From Candidatus Kaiserbacteria bacterium (lineage in GTDB: Bacteria; Patescibacteriota; Minisyncoccia; Phycocordibacterales; UBA918): 64,000 bases of DNA. Below are positions 46,873-57,181 of the stretch, piece by piece. The DNA is taken from positions 176,539 to 240,538 of the forward strand of contig JAHQWD010000003.1 in assembly GCA_019634005.1 (NCBI GenBank), written 5' to 3'. The notes beneath the pieces were generated by a model, which saw only the letters and a program-made list of their open reading frames with translations, was not told the origin of the DNA and searched no databases. Each line of letters opens with the position of its first letter. Within the stretch, counting starts at the first letter, position 1. The translations under genes and the position numbers were made by a program.

Positions 46873-47439
46873 ATGTCACTCGACGTACAGATTGAAGGGG
46901 TACTTTTCTATAAAGCTGCACCAGTAAAAATAAGTGCTCTTTCACGTATGTTTTCTGTATCCGAAGGAGAGGTGCAGGAAGCCCTTCAGAAGCTCCAAAA
47001 TCGCCTCACAGAAGGCGGAATACGCCTTGTAAGCACAGATACCGAAGTAGAGCTCAGAACTGCAGGAGAGCTCTCTGAGCTCATTGAAAACCTTCGTAAA
47101 GATGAGATGAAGAAGGAGATAGGGAAGGCAGGAGCAGAGACGCTCGCCATCATCCTCTACCGCGGTACTGTGAGTCGTTCAGAGATAGATTCTATCCGTG
47201 GTGTTAACTCCAGCTTTATCTTGCGTAACCTTCTAACGCGTGGTTTAATCCAGAGAGAAGGAAGTGCAGGGAGATCCTATGCATACAGTGTGACACCAGA
47301 CCTTCTTGCACACTTGGGTATCACAAAGCGTGAAGAGCTTCCGCAATTTACCGAGATCATGGATGCGCTTGATACCTTTGAGACACAACAAGAAGAATCT
47401 TCAGAGACACGAAGTCTCTTTAACGCAGAAACATCATGA
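46873..47439 (+). CDS. scpB: segregation and condensation protein B
   Basis: ScpB winged-helix repeats (EAVLFYKAAPV...). Confidence 0.85.
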   Translation: MSLDVQIEGVLFYKAAPVKISALSRMFSVSEGEVQEALQKLQNRLTEGGIRLVSTDTEVELRTAGELSELIENLRKDEMKKEIGKAGAETLAIILYRGTVSRSEIDSIRGVNSSFILRNLLTRGLIQREGSAGRSYAYSVTPDLLAHLGITKREELPQFTEIMDALDTFETQQEESSETRSLFNAETS

Positions 47440-48443
47440 GTGACGAACAACTACTCTTACAAGAGCCTATTGAAGAAGCAGAAGCACCACGACATTTTCC
47501 CGTGAGTGAGCAACTTGGTATTCTTGCTGGTATTCTATTCCTTCTTCTTGGAACTCCACAGATTGCAGCATTTGCGAATCTTTTCATAGACGAGGAAGAG
47601 TCGCAAGAGGAAGAGGTCGCAAATGTCGAGCAGTCTGCTGCTGCACTCGCATCTATCTTCGGTGATGTACGCCTCGGGGCACAATCTGCGTTTGTGTGGG
47701 ATGTAAAAGAACAGAAGGCGTTATATATAAAAAATGCGGATGAACGACTGCCGCTCGCATCTATCACGAAACTCATGACCGCATTGGTTGCACACGAAAT
47801 TATGGGTACTGATGCACCCATAACAGTGACACTTGAAGCTATTAGCCAGGAAGGAGATAGTGGTTTTCGTGACGGAGAACAGTTCTCCATGCAAGAGCTT
47901 CTCGATCTAACTTTGGTAACCTCTTCAAACGATGGAGCATACTCTCTCGCTGCTGCAGCAGGAGCGAGTGTGTTTACTGATCAAGACAGCACTGTAGACG
48001 CATTCGTGGACGCGATGAATGTCCGCGCGCGGGAGATTGGATTAACGCGCACGACGTTCAAAAATCCGACAGGGCTTGATCTCTCTGAGACAGAGAGCGG
48101 GTCATACGGCTCTGCACGTGACGTGTCATATCTCATGGAATACCTTGTACAAAACTATCCAGAGATTCTTGAACGTACAACGTTGAGTAACCACACCGTT
48201 GCTGATAGTGAAGGGAACATCTATCAAGCAACAAATACAAACAGTACGACACGTGATATCCCCGGTATGGTGGCTTCGAAGACTGGATACACCACACTTG
48301 CAGGAGGAAACCTCACGATAGCGTACGACGCGGGATTGAATCATCCCATCGTGATCACGGTATTAGGATCAAGTGTCGACGGACGGTTCGAAGACGTCGA
48401 GAAACTTGTAGAAGCAACACAGACCTTACTGAGTAACCAATAG
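47436..48443 (+). CDS. D-alanyl-D-alanine carboxypeptidase (S11 family, PBP5/6-like)
   Basis: The three diagnostic motifs are present: SITK (SxxK), SSND (SxN) and KTGYT. Confidence 0.85.
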   Translation: MSDEQLLLQEPIEEAEAPRHFPVSEQLGILAGILFLLLGTPQIAAFANLFIDEEESQEEEVANVEQSAAALASIFGDVRLGAQSAFVWDVKEQKALYIKNADERLPLASITKLMTALVAHEIMGTDAPITVTLEAISQEGDSGFRDGEQFSMQELLDLTLVTSSNDGAYSLAAAAGASVFTDQDSTVDAFVDAMNVRAREIGLTRTTFKNPTGLDLSETESGSYGSARDVSYLMEYLVQNYPEILERTTLSNHTVADSEGNIYQATNTNSTTRDIPGMVASKTGYTTLAGGNLTIAYDAGLNHPIVITVLGSSVDGRFEDVEKLVEATQTLLSNQ

Positions 48444-48447
48444 CATT

Positions 48448-49512
48448 ATGGAAGCATCGATTATTAAAGTATTCATCCCAACTATCCTTGCCTTCGTTAT
48501 TGGTATTGTGATTACTCCAATCATCACACACTTCCTTTACAAACATAAAGTATGGAAGAAACAAGGAGGGAAGACGACCCTTGACGGGAAAGAGGCAACA
48601 GAGTTCGGAAAGCTGCATCCAGAAGACCTTGAGACAAAGACACCTCGCATGGGTGGTCTTGTCATTGTCGGGAGCGTTGGTATAACACTCTGTCTCTTAT
48701 TCATCGCACAGTTTGTTTTCCCAAACACCATTTTCACTGAACTCGATTTCTTTAGTCGCTCGCAGACATGGATTCCACTTGCCACGTTTTTCCTCGGAGC
48801 ACTCGTTGGATTCCTGAACGATCTCTATGACATCTCACAAGGAGGAGAGAAGGGAATCTCTCTCAAGATGCGTATCCTGTTTGTCTCCGTCCTCTCGGGA
48901 CTTATCGGTTGGTGGTTCTATGACAAACTTGATGTTGTCTCTATCAGCATTCCGTTTGATGGCACACTGTATCTTGGAATATTGATCATTCCATTCTTTA
49001 TGATCATGACCAACGCACTTTATGCAAGTGGTGTCATCGATGGTATTGATGGGCTCTCAGGAGGCGTCTTTGTTTCGATATTCTCTGCATATGCAGGTGT
49101 TGCATTCCTCCAGCAACAATTTGATATCGCTGCGCTTTCTGCAACCATAGGTGGTGCTGTACTCGCATTCTTGTGGTTCAACATCCCACCTGCACGTTTC
49201 TGGATGACGGAAGTGGGTACGATGGCACTGACGCTGACGCTTTCGGTCATTGTCTTTATGACTGATACACTCGGTGATGGAAATGGTATCGTCCTCCTCT
49301 TTATCATCGGACTGCCACTCGTAGTGACCGTACTTTCTAATGTCGTACAGGTGCTTTCTAAGAAAGTGCGTGGAAAAAAACTACTCCGTATCGCACCACT
49401 ACATCATCATTTTGAAGCCATTGGATGGCCGTCGTATAAGGTGACCATGCGGTACTGGGTTATTAGTGTCATGTGTGCCATCTTCGGCCTCATCCTAGCA
49501 GCGATTGCATAG
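48448..49512 (+). CDS. mraY: phospho-N-acetylmuramoyl-pentapeptide transferase
   Basis: A 10-TM protein with the MraY signature loops. Confidence 0.95.
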   Translation: MEASIIKVFIPTILAFVIGIVITPIITHFLYKHKVWKKQGGKTTLDGKEATEFGKLHPEDLETKTPRMGGLVIVGSVGITLCLLFIAQFVFPNTIFTELDFFSRSQTWIPLATFFLGALVGFLNDLYDISQGGEKGISLKMRILFVSVLSGLIGWWFYDKLDVVSISIPFDGTLYLGILIIPFFMIMTNALYASGVIDGIDGLSGGVFVSIFSAYAGVAFLQQQFDIAALSATIGGAVLAFLWFNIPPARFWMTEVGTMALTLTLSVIVFMTDTLGDGNGIVLLFIIGLPLVVTVLSNVVQVLSKKVRGKKLLRIAPLHHHFEAIGWPSYKVTMRYWVISVMCAIFGLILAAIA

Positions 49513-49514
49513 TT

Positions 49515-50621
49515 ATGGCGCGGAAACTTACCAGTGATCGGATACTCTTCGGTATCGTCCTCGTCCTCGTTCTTGTTGGTTTCCTTATCTTTTCTTCTGC
49601 ATCCCTCGGGCTCCTGGCACGAGAAGGTGCTCGCTTTTCTTCAGTCGCGTTTAATCAGTTTGCGTTTGGTATTGTCGGCGGCTTTGCCGCGATGTATGTG
49701 ACAAGTTCTGTCCATTACCGTACATGGCGGAAATACGCCTTTTATATCTTTCTTGCGACACTGGGATTAACTGCACTCGTGTTTGTTCCAGGCCTCGGAT
49801 TTGAGCATGGTGGTGCAGTTCGCTGGCTTTCGATTGGAGGATTCTCTTTTCAACCTGCAGAGCTTCTGAAGATTGGATTTATTGTATACATGGCCACATG
49901 GCTCTCTGGTATGTATCGCCATACCCATACGGTACTGAAGGGAACATTGCCTTTTTTAGGTATCCTTGCACTCGTGGGCATCGTGATGCTCTTGCAGCCT
50001 GATACCGATACCTTCGCTATCATGGCGGCATCTGCAGTCGCCATGTTTATCGCTGCAGGAGGGAAGCTACGTGATGTTGGTATCATGTTTGTCTCCGCGG
50101 TAGTACTTCTTGCTATCTTGGCCTTTAGCCGTCCGTACATTATGGATCGCCTCACAACCTTTATCGACCCTTCAGCAGATCCTCTTGGTTCTAGCTACCA
50201 GGTACAACAGTCCCTCATTGCTATTGGGTCTGGCGGTTTCTCTGGAAGAGGATTTGGACAAAGTATACAAAAATTTGAATACCTCCCAGAGCCGATAGGG
50301 GACTCTATTTTTGCGGTGGCCAGTGAGGAGTTTGGATTCATTGGAAGCACGCTCTTAGTCCTTCTCTTTGTCGCATTTGCGTTCCGCGGTTTTCGGGTAG
50401 CAACACATGCGCCAGATCTCTTTGGCATGTTGCTTGCCGTAGGGTTTGTCACCTTGATTACACTGCAAGCCTTTTTAAATATTGCCGCGATGCTTTCTTT
50501 GGCACCACTCTCTGGACTCCCGCTTCCATTTATTTCCCATGGAGGTACAGCGCTTCTTGCAACACTTGCCGCAATCGGTGTGGTGTTGAATGTGAGTAAG
50601 TATCAGAAGAAGCGGGTGTGA
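49515..50621 (+). CDS. ftsW: SEDS-family peptidoglycan glycosyltransferase FtsW/RodA
   Basis: Met 49515 directly follows the mraY stop. The C-terminal motif GGTSL/GGTAL is present. Confidence 0.9.
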   Translation: MARKLTSDRILFGIVLVLVLVGFLIFSSASLGLLAREGARFSSVAFNQFAFGIVGGFAAMYVTSSVHYRTWRKYAFYIFLATLGLTALVFVPGLGFEHGGAVRWLSIGGFSFQPAELLKIGFIVYMATWLSGMYRHTHTVLKGTLPFLGILALVGIVMLLQPDTDTFAIMAASAVAMFIAAGGKLRDVGIMFVSAVVLLAILAFSRPYIMDRLTTFIDPSADPLGSSYQVQQSLIAIGSGGFSGRGFGQSIQKFEYLPEPIGDSIFAVASEEFGFIGSTLLVLLFVAFAFRGFRVATHAPDLFGMLLAVGFVTLITLQAFLNIAAMLSLAPLSGLPLPFISHGGTALLATLAAIGVVLNVSKYQKKRV

Positions 50622-50633
50622 TAAAATACACAC

Positions 50634-51749
50634 ATGAGAATCGTACTCACAGGAGGGGGATCAGGGGGGCATTTTTACCCCCTTATTGCTATTGCTGAAT
50701 CTATTCGAGAAAACACCCTCTCTGCACAGGCAGAGCTCTATTACATGGGGCCAAACCCTTATAACAAAGAGTCTCTCGATGCCCTCAACATAAAGTTTGT
50801 CAGCTGTCCGTCAGGGAAGATGCGGAGGTACTTCTCCTTCATGAACTTCGTTGATATCTTCAAAGTACTCTTTGGATTTTTTATCGCACTCTTCAAACTC
50901 TTTTGGATCTACCCAGACGCCATTATGAGCAAAGGCGGATACACGACTGTGCCCGTAGTCCTTGCCGCATGGTTTCTTCGCATCCCTGTCGTTGTTCATG
51001 AGTCTGACGTACACCCTGGTATTTCTAACAAGATCGGGGGAAGGATTGCACAGTATGTAGCCATCTCTTGGGCAGACACTGCTGAAGATTTCAAAAAAGA
51101 GAAGGTCGCACAAACAGGGATTCCATTCCGAAAAACACTACAGACTGATGTGGTGGATCCAAAAACACAACTTGGTATTGATCCGAACCGTCCTATGATT
51201 CTTGTGCTCGGAGGCTCCTCAGGAGCAGAGCGCGTGAACACACTTGTCTTGGAGTCTCTTGATGAGCTCCTTCCAAACTACACCGTTATTCACCAGACAG
51301 GAAAGGGCCTCTATGAAGGAGTAGTACAGACCGCAGAAGCACTCTTAAAGGATTCTCCTTATAAGGAATATTACATTCCAGCAGCATTCCTTGATGCTAA
51401 GAAAATGAATCTCGCATATTCTGCCGCCTCTCTTATCGTCTCCCGTGCTGGAAGCGGTACCATCTTTGAGATTGCAGCACATGGAAAGCCATCGATTATC
51501 ATCCCCATACCAGAGAAGATCGCACATGATCAGCGCACCAATGCATACACATACGCACGACAGACTGATGCAGTTGTCATGGAAGAACAAAATCTTGCGG
51601 ACGGCTTGCTTGCGGCAGAGATAGCCCGTATCATGGGTGAAGCAGCATTGTACGAGAGCATGTCTTTAAAGGCGAAAACATTTGCACCGACAGACGCGGC
51701 AGAGAAGATATCAGATATATTACGAAAGATTGCAACAGACCATGAATAG
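50634..51749 (+). CDS. murG: UDP-N-acetylglucosamine--N-acetylmuramyl-(pentapeptide) pyrophosphoryl-undecaprenol GlcNAc transferase
   Basis: GGSGGHFYP N-terminal motif. Confidence 0.9.
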   Translation: MRIVLTGGGSGGHFYPLIAIAESIRENTLSAQAELYYMGPNPYNKESLDALNIKFVSCPSGKMRRYFSFMNFVDIFKVLFGFFIALFKLFWIYPDAIMSKGGYTTVPVVLAAWFLRIPVVVHESDVHPGISNKIGGRIAQYVAISWADTAEDFKKEKVAQTGIPFRKTLQTDVVDPKTQLGIDPNRPMILVLGGSSGAERVNTLVLESLDELLPNYTVIHQTGKGLYEGVVQTAEALLKDSPYKEYYIPAAFLDAKKMNLAYSAASLIVSRAGSGTIFEIAAHGKPSIIIPIPEKIAHDQRTNAYTYARQTDAVVMEEQNLADGLLAAEIARIMGEAALYESMSLKAKTFAPTDAAEKISDILRKIATDHE

Positions 51750-53217
51750 TATGTTTTCAAAAGAAAGAAAGGTGGTGACCAGATTTGCACCGTCACCAAC
51801 TGGATTTATGCATGTCGGCGGTGTACGCACCGCACTATACTCATATCTTTTTGCTCGCAAACACGGCGGGGAATTCATTCTTCGTATAGAGGATACCGAT
51901 AAGGCACGGCAAGTTGAAGGCTCTATTGAACATATTCAAGAGACTCTGAAGTGGCTTGGACTAGATTGGGATTATGGACCAGACAAACCAGGAGATTTTG
52001 GTTCGTGTATCCAATCTGAACGACTCGAGACATACCTCACATTCGCACGAAAACTAGTTGCAAAAGGACTTGCATATCCAGACCCTTACACGCCCGAAGA
52101 ATTACAAGCGTTTCGTGAAGAAGCGAAGCGAGAAAACCGTCCGTTTCTTTTTAGAGACCACCGACCAGAGGAGATGGGGGAGTGGGATGAGAAATCTACT
52201 CTCCGTTTCAAGGTGCCAGACATCAGACGATACGAATGGCATGACGAAGTACGTGGAGACCTAGACGCAGGAGAGGAAGCGCTTGATGACTTCGTCCTTA
52301 TGAAGGCTGATGGCTACCCCACGTACAATTTTGCGCACATTGTAGATGATTTCCACATGGGTGTGACCCATATCATGCGTGCAGATGAGTTCATCTCTTC
52401 AACACCACGTTTTCTCTCACTCTACGAGGCATTAGATATAGAGCCGCCAAAGTTTGTAACACTTCCACCAATCCTCGGAACGGATCGGAAGAAAAAACTT
52501 GGAAAACGCGATGGCGCTAAGGATGTTATGGAGTATCAGGAAGAAGGATATCTCCCTGAAGCGTTTCTTAACTTCCTTGCTCTTATTGGATGGAACCCAG
52601 GTACTGATCAAGAGATATTTACCAAAGAGGAACTTATCGAAGCCTTTGATCTCGATGGAATCCAGACAGGAGGTGGTGCATTCAACGAAGAGAAGCTGCA
52701 GTGGACAAACAGGGAGCACCTCCTCAGACTCTCTGATAAAGATTTTAGAGATTTTGTAGACAAATGGCTTCCTGAAGATGTACGCGCTCTCCCTCAATTC
52801 TCTGAGGAAAGGCTCATGCGACTCCTTCCTGTCATTCGAGAACGTGTTCACACTGGAAGAGATATAGAGACTGCAGCACAAGAAGGGGAGTATGACTTCG
52901 CATTTACACAGCCTACTGTAGAAAGAGAGATGCTGAAATGGAAGAATGACGATGATGTAAAAGATGCTCTTCCTAGACTGCAGAAGGTAGCGGAGATGCT
53001 TGCTTCATTACCTGAAGAAAGCTTTGGAGAGGCCGCTAAAGAAGTTATCTGGCCGTATGCAGAAAAAGTAGGGAAGGGAGAGGTGCTTTGGCCTCTTCGC
53101 GTCGCCCTCTCTGGACGTGAACGATCTCCCGACCCTTTTGCTATCATTGATATCATCGGGACTGCAGAAGCGTATGCACGTGTACAGCGTGCGGTGAATG
53201 TGCTTCTCAATGCTTAA
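51742..53217 (+). CDS. gltX: glutamate--tRNA ligase
   Basis: FAPSPTGFMHVGGVRTAL and KLGKR (the KMSKS equivalent). The start at Met 51742 overlaps the murG end by 8 nt. Confidence 0.95.
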   Translation: MNSMFSKERKVVTRFAPSPTGFMHVGGVRTALYSYLFARKHGGEFILRIEDTDKARQVEGSIEHIQETLKWLGLDWDYGPDKPGDFGSCIQSERLETYLTFARKLVAKGLAYPDPYTPEELQAFREEAKRENRPFLFRDHRPEEMGEWDEKSTLRFKVPDIRRYEWHDEVRGDLDAGEEALDDFVLMKADGYPTYNFAHIVDDFHMGVTHIMRADEFISSTPRFLSLYEALDIEPPKFVTLPPILGTDRKKKLGKRDGAKDVMEYQEEGYLPEAFLNFLALIGWNPGTDQEIFTKEELIEAFDLDGIQTGGGAFNEEKLQWTNREHLLRLSDKDFRDFVDKWLPEDVRALPQFSEERLMRLLPVIRERVHTGRDIETAAQEGEYDFAFTQPTVEREMLKWKNDDDVKDALPRLQKVAEMLASLPEESFGEAAKEVIWPYAEKVGKGEVLWPLRVALSGRERSPDPFAIIDIIGTAEAYARVQRAVNVLLNA

Positions 53218-53219
53218 AT

Positions 53220-53813
53220 ATGGATTCTCTACTACAATTCGTAGAATTATTACAGAAATATAGAAGTGTAGAACGTGCCATCCTTGTAAAAGGTACCGAC
53301 AGAGTAGAAAATGATACGGAACACTCCTACTCTCTTGCTATGTTGGCATGGTATATTTCCTCAACATATAAGCTTGATCTCGATCTTGAAAAGCTCTTTT
53401 TATACGCACTTGCCCATGATCTTGTTGAAGTTTACGCTGGAGATATTCAATTTCAACACATTACAGATGAGGTAGCTAGGCAGAAGCATGACGCTGAACA
53501 AAAAGCGGCAGAGCGTTTGAAAAAAGAATTCCCTGAGTTCCCTGAACTTCATACTGTTATAGAACAGTATGAGAAGAGGGAAGACCAGGAGAGTAAGTTC
53601 ATCTATGCTCTTGATAAGGTGGAACCTGCACTCAACATCTATATCGACAGGGGACGTTCCTGGAGAAAAGAAGGAATCACGCTTGATGTCTTCAAGAGAC
53701 TTAAGCTCCCGAAGGTTGCAGAAGATCCAACTATCGAGAGTCTTCTAAAAGAACTAATCGTCCGCTTAGAAAATGAACATGACAACCTCTTTCTATCCTC
53801 GAAGGAAAGTTAG
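53220..53813 (+). CDS. HD-domain phosphohydrolase (YfbR-like)
   Basis: H...HSYSLAM...ALAHDLVEVYAGD. Confidence 0.6.
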   Translation: MDSLLQFVELLQKYRSVERAILVKGTDRVENDTEHSYSLAMLAWYISSTYKLDLDLEKLFLYALAHDLVEVYAGDIQFQHITDEVARQKHDAEQKAAERLKKEFPEFPELHTVIEQYEKREDQESKFIYALDKVEPALNIYIDRGRSWRKEGITLDVFKRLKLPKVAEDPTIESLLKELIVRLENEHDNLFLSSKES

Positions 53814-53826
53814 TCCGTGATACAAT

Positions 53827-55164
53827 TTGAGAACAATGCTGAAAATGAAACCACAATACACGGCTTTTTGTGCAGGATTATTCCTAGCACTTGCCGTGTT
53901 TTTGGTACCAAAAACTATTACTCCCGTATACGCACAGTCCATAGGACAGCTCCGTGATCAAATTGAAGAGAAGAATGATCAACTTGCACAGATTGAAGCA
54001 GAGATTGCAAAGTACCAGGAAGCACTTCAGCAAACTGGAGCAGAAAAGGACACACTTCAGCGCACCATTGATCGTCTCAATCTTGAGAAGCGAAAGGTGG
54101 AGGCCGATATCTCCTACACACAGAATAAAATCAGTGCAACAGATCTCACCATTAATAAACTTGCGATTGAAATTGTTGATACCGAAGACTCCATTGATCG
54201 TAACAAAGGGGCTATATCAGAGATCCTGAAACGTATCGATGAGACTGATAGAGACTCCCTTATCATCGCTATGCTTCGTTATGAGCGTCTCACAGAGTTT
54301 TGGGACACTATAGAACAAAGAGAGCAGGTGAGAGACTCTATGGGGGATCAGGTGCATGAACTACTCTCATACAAAGATGTACTTGAAGAAAAACACTCAG
54401 AGAGTACCGAGCAAAAAGCAGAACTTGTCGCACTGAAGAATCAATACAGAGACCAGCAGCAGGTACTCGAGGTGACTAAATCAGAGAAAGACAGCCTCCT
54501 ACAACAAACAGAACGAAAGGAGGAGATCTATCAAAACCTCCTGGCAGAAAAGGAGGCTGCAAAAGCACAGTTCCTTGAAGAGCTTGCAGATTTGGAGTCT
54601 CAGCTGAAATTCATCCTTGATCCAGATTCTATTCCAAGCGCAGGATCTGCTGTACTTCGTTGGCCACTAGACTCTATCTACATCACCCAGTACTTTGGAA
54701 ACACTGCGTTTGCACAGTCTGGAGCATACAATGGAAGCGGACATAATGGGGTAGACTTCGGAACTCCAACGGGTACCAAAGTGCGTGCAGCACTCTCTGG
54801 AACCGTCACTGCATGGGGAAATACAGACTTTGGGGGATGTTCTTCATATGGAAAATGGATACTGCTGAAGCATGCGAATGGACTGTCGACACTCTACGCA
54901 CACCTCTCACTCATCAGTGTAAATAAAGGGGACTCTGTCTCTACAGGAGACATCATTGGATACAGTGGAAACACTGGATACTCTACGGGCCCTCACCTTC
55001 ATTTCACCGTATTCGCTACTAGTGGAGTCCAAGTATTGAAACTTGCAGATTATTACGCACAAAATGGAAGAGGAGCAACAGCGTGTTCTGCGGCAGGTGT
55101 CTCTATCCCTGTCGCGGCGTATAACGCATACCTTAATCCAATAGATTATCTCCCATCACTCTAA
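53827..55164 (+). CDS. M23-family peptidoglycan metalloendopeptidase with an N-terminal coiled coil (EnvC-like)
   Basis: GHNGVDFG and HLHFTV motifs. The N-terminal ~250 aa form a coiled coil. Confidence 0.8.
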   Translation: MRTMLKMKPQYTAFCAGLFLALAVFLVPKTITPVYAQSIGQLRDQIEEKNDQLAQIEAEIAKYQEALQQTGAEKDTLQRTIDRLNLEKRKVEADISYTQNKISATDLTINKLAIEIVDTEDSIDRNKGAISEILKRIDETDRDSLIIAMLRYERLTEFWDTIEQREQVRDSMGDQVHELLSYKDVLEEKHSESTEQKAELVALKNQYRDQQQVLEVTKSEKDSLLQQTERKEEIYQNLLAEKEAAKAQFLEELADLESQLKFILDPDSIPSAGSAVLRWPLDSIYITQYFGNTAFAQSGAYNGSGHNGVDFGTPTGTKVRAALSGTVTAWGNTDFGGCSSYGKWILLKHANGLSTLYAHLSLISVNKGDSVSTGDIIGYSGNTGYSTGPHLHFTVFATSGVQVLKLADYYAQNGRGATACSAAGVSIPVAAYNAYLNPIDYLPSL

Positions 55165-55439
55165 TGAAAGGCTTCTACTATCACTACAAACACACAGACG
55201 AAGACATGGCGAACTATGCCTATGAAGTACTTGGTATCTCTTTGGATACCGAAGAGGGAACAGAGTCCGTCATCTATAGACCGCTCTATGAAGACTCATA
55301 TTTAGATTCCAGAGATTTCTATGCACGGCCCAAAGAGATGTTCTTTGAGAAAGTGGAGGACACACAGCGGTTCACGCAGATAACAGATCCTGCAGTACTT
55401 GAGGAACTCATTAAGATTCGCGATGCAAAGTACTCTTAA
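55164..55439 (+). CDS. DUF1653-family small protein
   Basis: YYHYKH...VIYRPLYEDS...ARPKEMF pattern. Confidence 0.55.
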   Translation: MKGFYYHYKHTDEDMANYAYEVLGISLDTEEGTESVIYRPLYEDSYLDSRDFYARPKEMFFEKVEDTQRFTQITDPAVLEELIKIRDAKYS

Positions 55440-56407
55440 TCCTTTTTAATATCATTACCTCCATGGAATTTTTCATGGATATCTCGCAGACGTTTATTTG
55501 TAACATGCGTATAGATCTGTGTGGTAGCCACATTCTTGTGACCCAAGAGTTCCTGCACTGAACGAAGATCTGCACCGTGATCAAGGAGATCAGTCGCATA
55601 TGTGTGGCGCAATGTATGGGGCGTCACTTTTTTAGAGACACCTGCAAGGCGTGCGACTTTGGAGATCATCAGCTGAATCGATCGGGGAGTGAGGCGCCGA
55701 TCATCTCCCTTAGAGCGATAATTGATAAAGAGCGGTTTAAATACATCATGTCGTGTCTTTATATACTTGCGCAACCATGAGGCGGCACGGGGGGAGATAA
55801 AGATGGTACGGATATGCTTACCTTTACCAACAATAGAGAGCTCATAGGTACGTTTCGTGTCATTATCCTTCAACATCGTGAACTGATCGATATCAAGGGC
55901 GGTAAGTTCGGAAATACGCATTCCTGAGGAAAAGAATAGTTCCATGATAGTACGGTCACGTAATCCATTCTTTTTCTCAACATCGACTACCTTGAGCATT
56001 GCTTCAATATCACGAACATCAAGAAATGAGATCGTCTCTTCATTTTTTTGCTTAGCCAACTTTACCTTGGAGGAGGGGAGCGTCTCCATGTCTCGTTCCG
56101 CTAAATACGAGAGAAGTGCTCGAAGTGCAATAAGGTAGTAGTTCTGAGACTTCTTAGAAAGGTATTCGCCACGATTCGTCTTATACGTACGTGCAATGTA
56201 CAGACGATAGTTCCATATATGTTCCGTAGTAAGCTCATGAGGCTTGAGGTTTGGCTGATTTGTTTCTTTAAGCCAACGAACGAAGAGATTGAGATACTGC
56301 TGATAGTTACGTTGTGTGTTATTTGAAAGACCTTTCTCAATCTCACAATAATCGAGGAAGGGGATGATGTGATCCTTAAGCGGAGTAGTGCTTTTGTGGG
56401 TAGACAT
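55436..56407 (-). CDS. tyrosine site-specific recombinase, XerC/XerD family
   Basis: The C-terminus carries R...HxxR...Y in the form LRHTYATDLL...GHKNVATTQIYTHV. Confidence 0.85.
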   Translation of the reverse strand: MSTHKSTTPLKDHIIPFLDYCEIEKGLSNNTQRNYQQYLNLFVRWLKETNQPNLKPHELTTEHIWNYRLYIARTYKTNRGEYLSKKSQNYYLIALRALLSYLAERDMETLPSSKVKLAKQKNEETISFLDVRDIEAMLKVVDVEKKNGLRDRTIMELFFSSGMRISELTALDIDQFTMLKDNDTKRTYELSIVGKGKHIRTIFISPRAASWLRKYIKTRHDVFKPLFINYRSKGDDRRLTPRSIQLMISKVARLAGVSKKVTPHTLRHTYATDLLDHGADLRSVQELLGHKNVATTQIYTHVTNKRLRDIHEKFHGGNDIKKD

Positions 56408-56454
56408 ATTTATAGTGTATCATTCGCACAATATATGTAAAACGAACAAATGTG

Positions 56455-56724
56455 TATAATTTATATGAGGGCTTTAGGATCTCATCTGATACATGCTACA
56501 GTAGATCTACACATACTCATCGTTGCGTAGGTGGATAGTTCGCTATCGAGTGTGTGTGGAGGAGATTGGTCTACCTCATTTCCGTAGAGTCTCAAGAATG
56601 AACGGCAAGATCAGAATGGCGTCTTCTCGACGCTCCGTAGGTTGTTCTAGTGCTCTTGGAGAAGAATGACCCCGCATGGAGAGAAGGATTGGATTAGACA
56701 CCCACCTTCCCCATGCGGTTTTTT
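56455..56724 (+). ncRNA. candidate small RNA (~260 nt) of unknown class
   Basis: An extended -10 TGTGTATAAT lies at 56451-56460. There is no ORF of 60 aa or more on the + strand. It ends in a hairpin plus TTTTTT. Confidence 0.3.
56672..56724. terminator. intrinsic terminator (ccgcatgg...ccatgcgg + TTTTTT); also lies 3' of the convergent NUDIX gene
   Basis: Read from the sequence. Confidence 0.55.
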
Positions 56725-57181
56725 ATATTTCTTCCAGCTCTTTCTCTAAAACAACATCCTCCTCACCAAAGTGGAAACGTCCTTTAAACTTCTTTCCCTC
56801 AAGGAACATGGGTACCCAATAGATATCATCTGGCCACATATCAGTGAAAGGTATCTCTTTTGTCTTAAACCACTGAGGCTTCATCTCTTCAGTCTCTACA
56901 GGCTCTCCAGAGAATGTTTCTGCCTTGAAGATATGTACCTCCAATATCTCTTCTGGACTATGTGCAAAAGAGAAATCCAGTACCCCGTGTTTCTGAATAT
57001 CTGAGACCCGCACACCACATTCTTCTTTCATTTCTCTCTGTACCGCCTCTTCTATACTTTCTCCCTCCTCCACCTTCCCACCAAAACCATTCCACCTCCC
57101 CGCTCCAAAACCTCGTTTTTTCATGCCGAGGAGGACATGATCATTTTTATGAACGATACAAAGAGTTAGCTGCTTTCTCAT
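56723..57181 (-). CDS. NUDIX hydrolase
   Basis: Nudix box GGKVEEGESIEEAVQREMKEECGV. Confidence 0.8.
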   Translation of the reverse strand: MRKQLTLCIVHKNDHVLLGMKKRGFGAGRWNGFGGKVEEGESIEEAVQREMKEECGVRVSDIQKHGVLDFSFAHSPEEILEVHIFKAETFSGEPVETEEMKPQWFKTKEIPFTDMWPDDIYWVPMFLEGKKFKGRFHFGEEDVVLEKELEEI

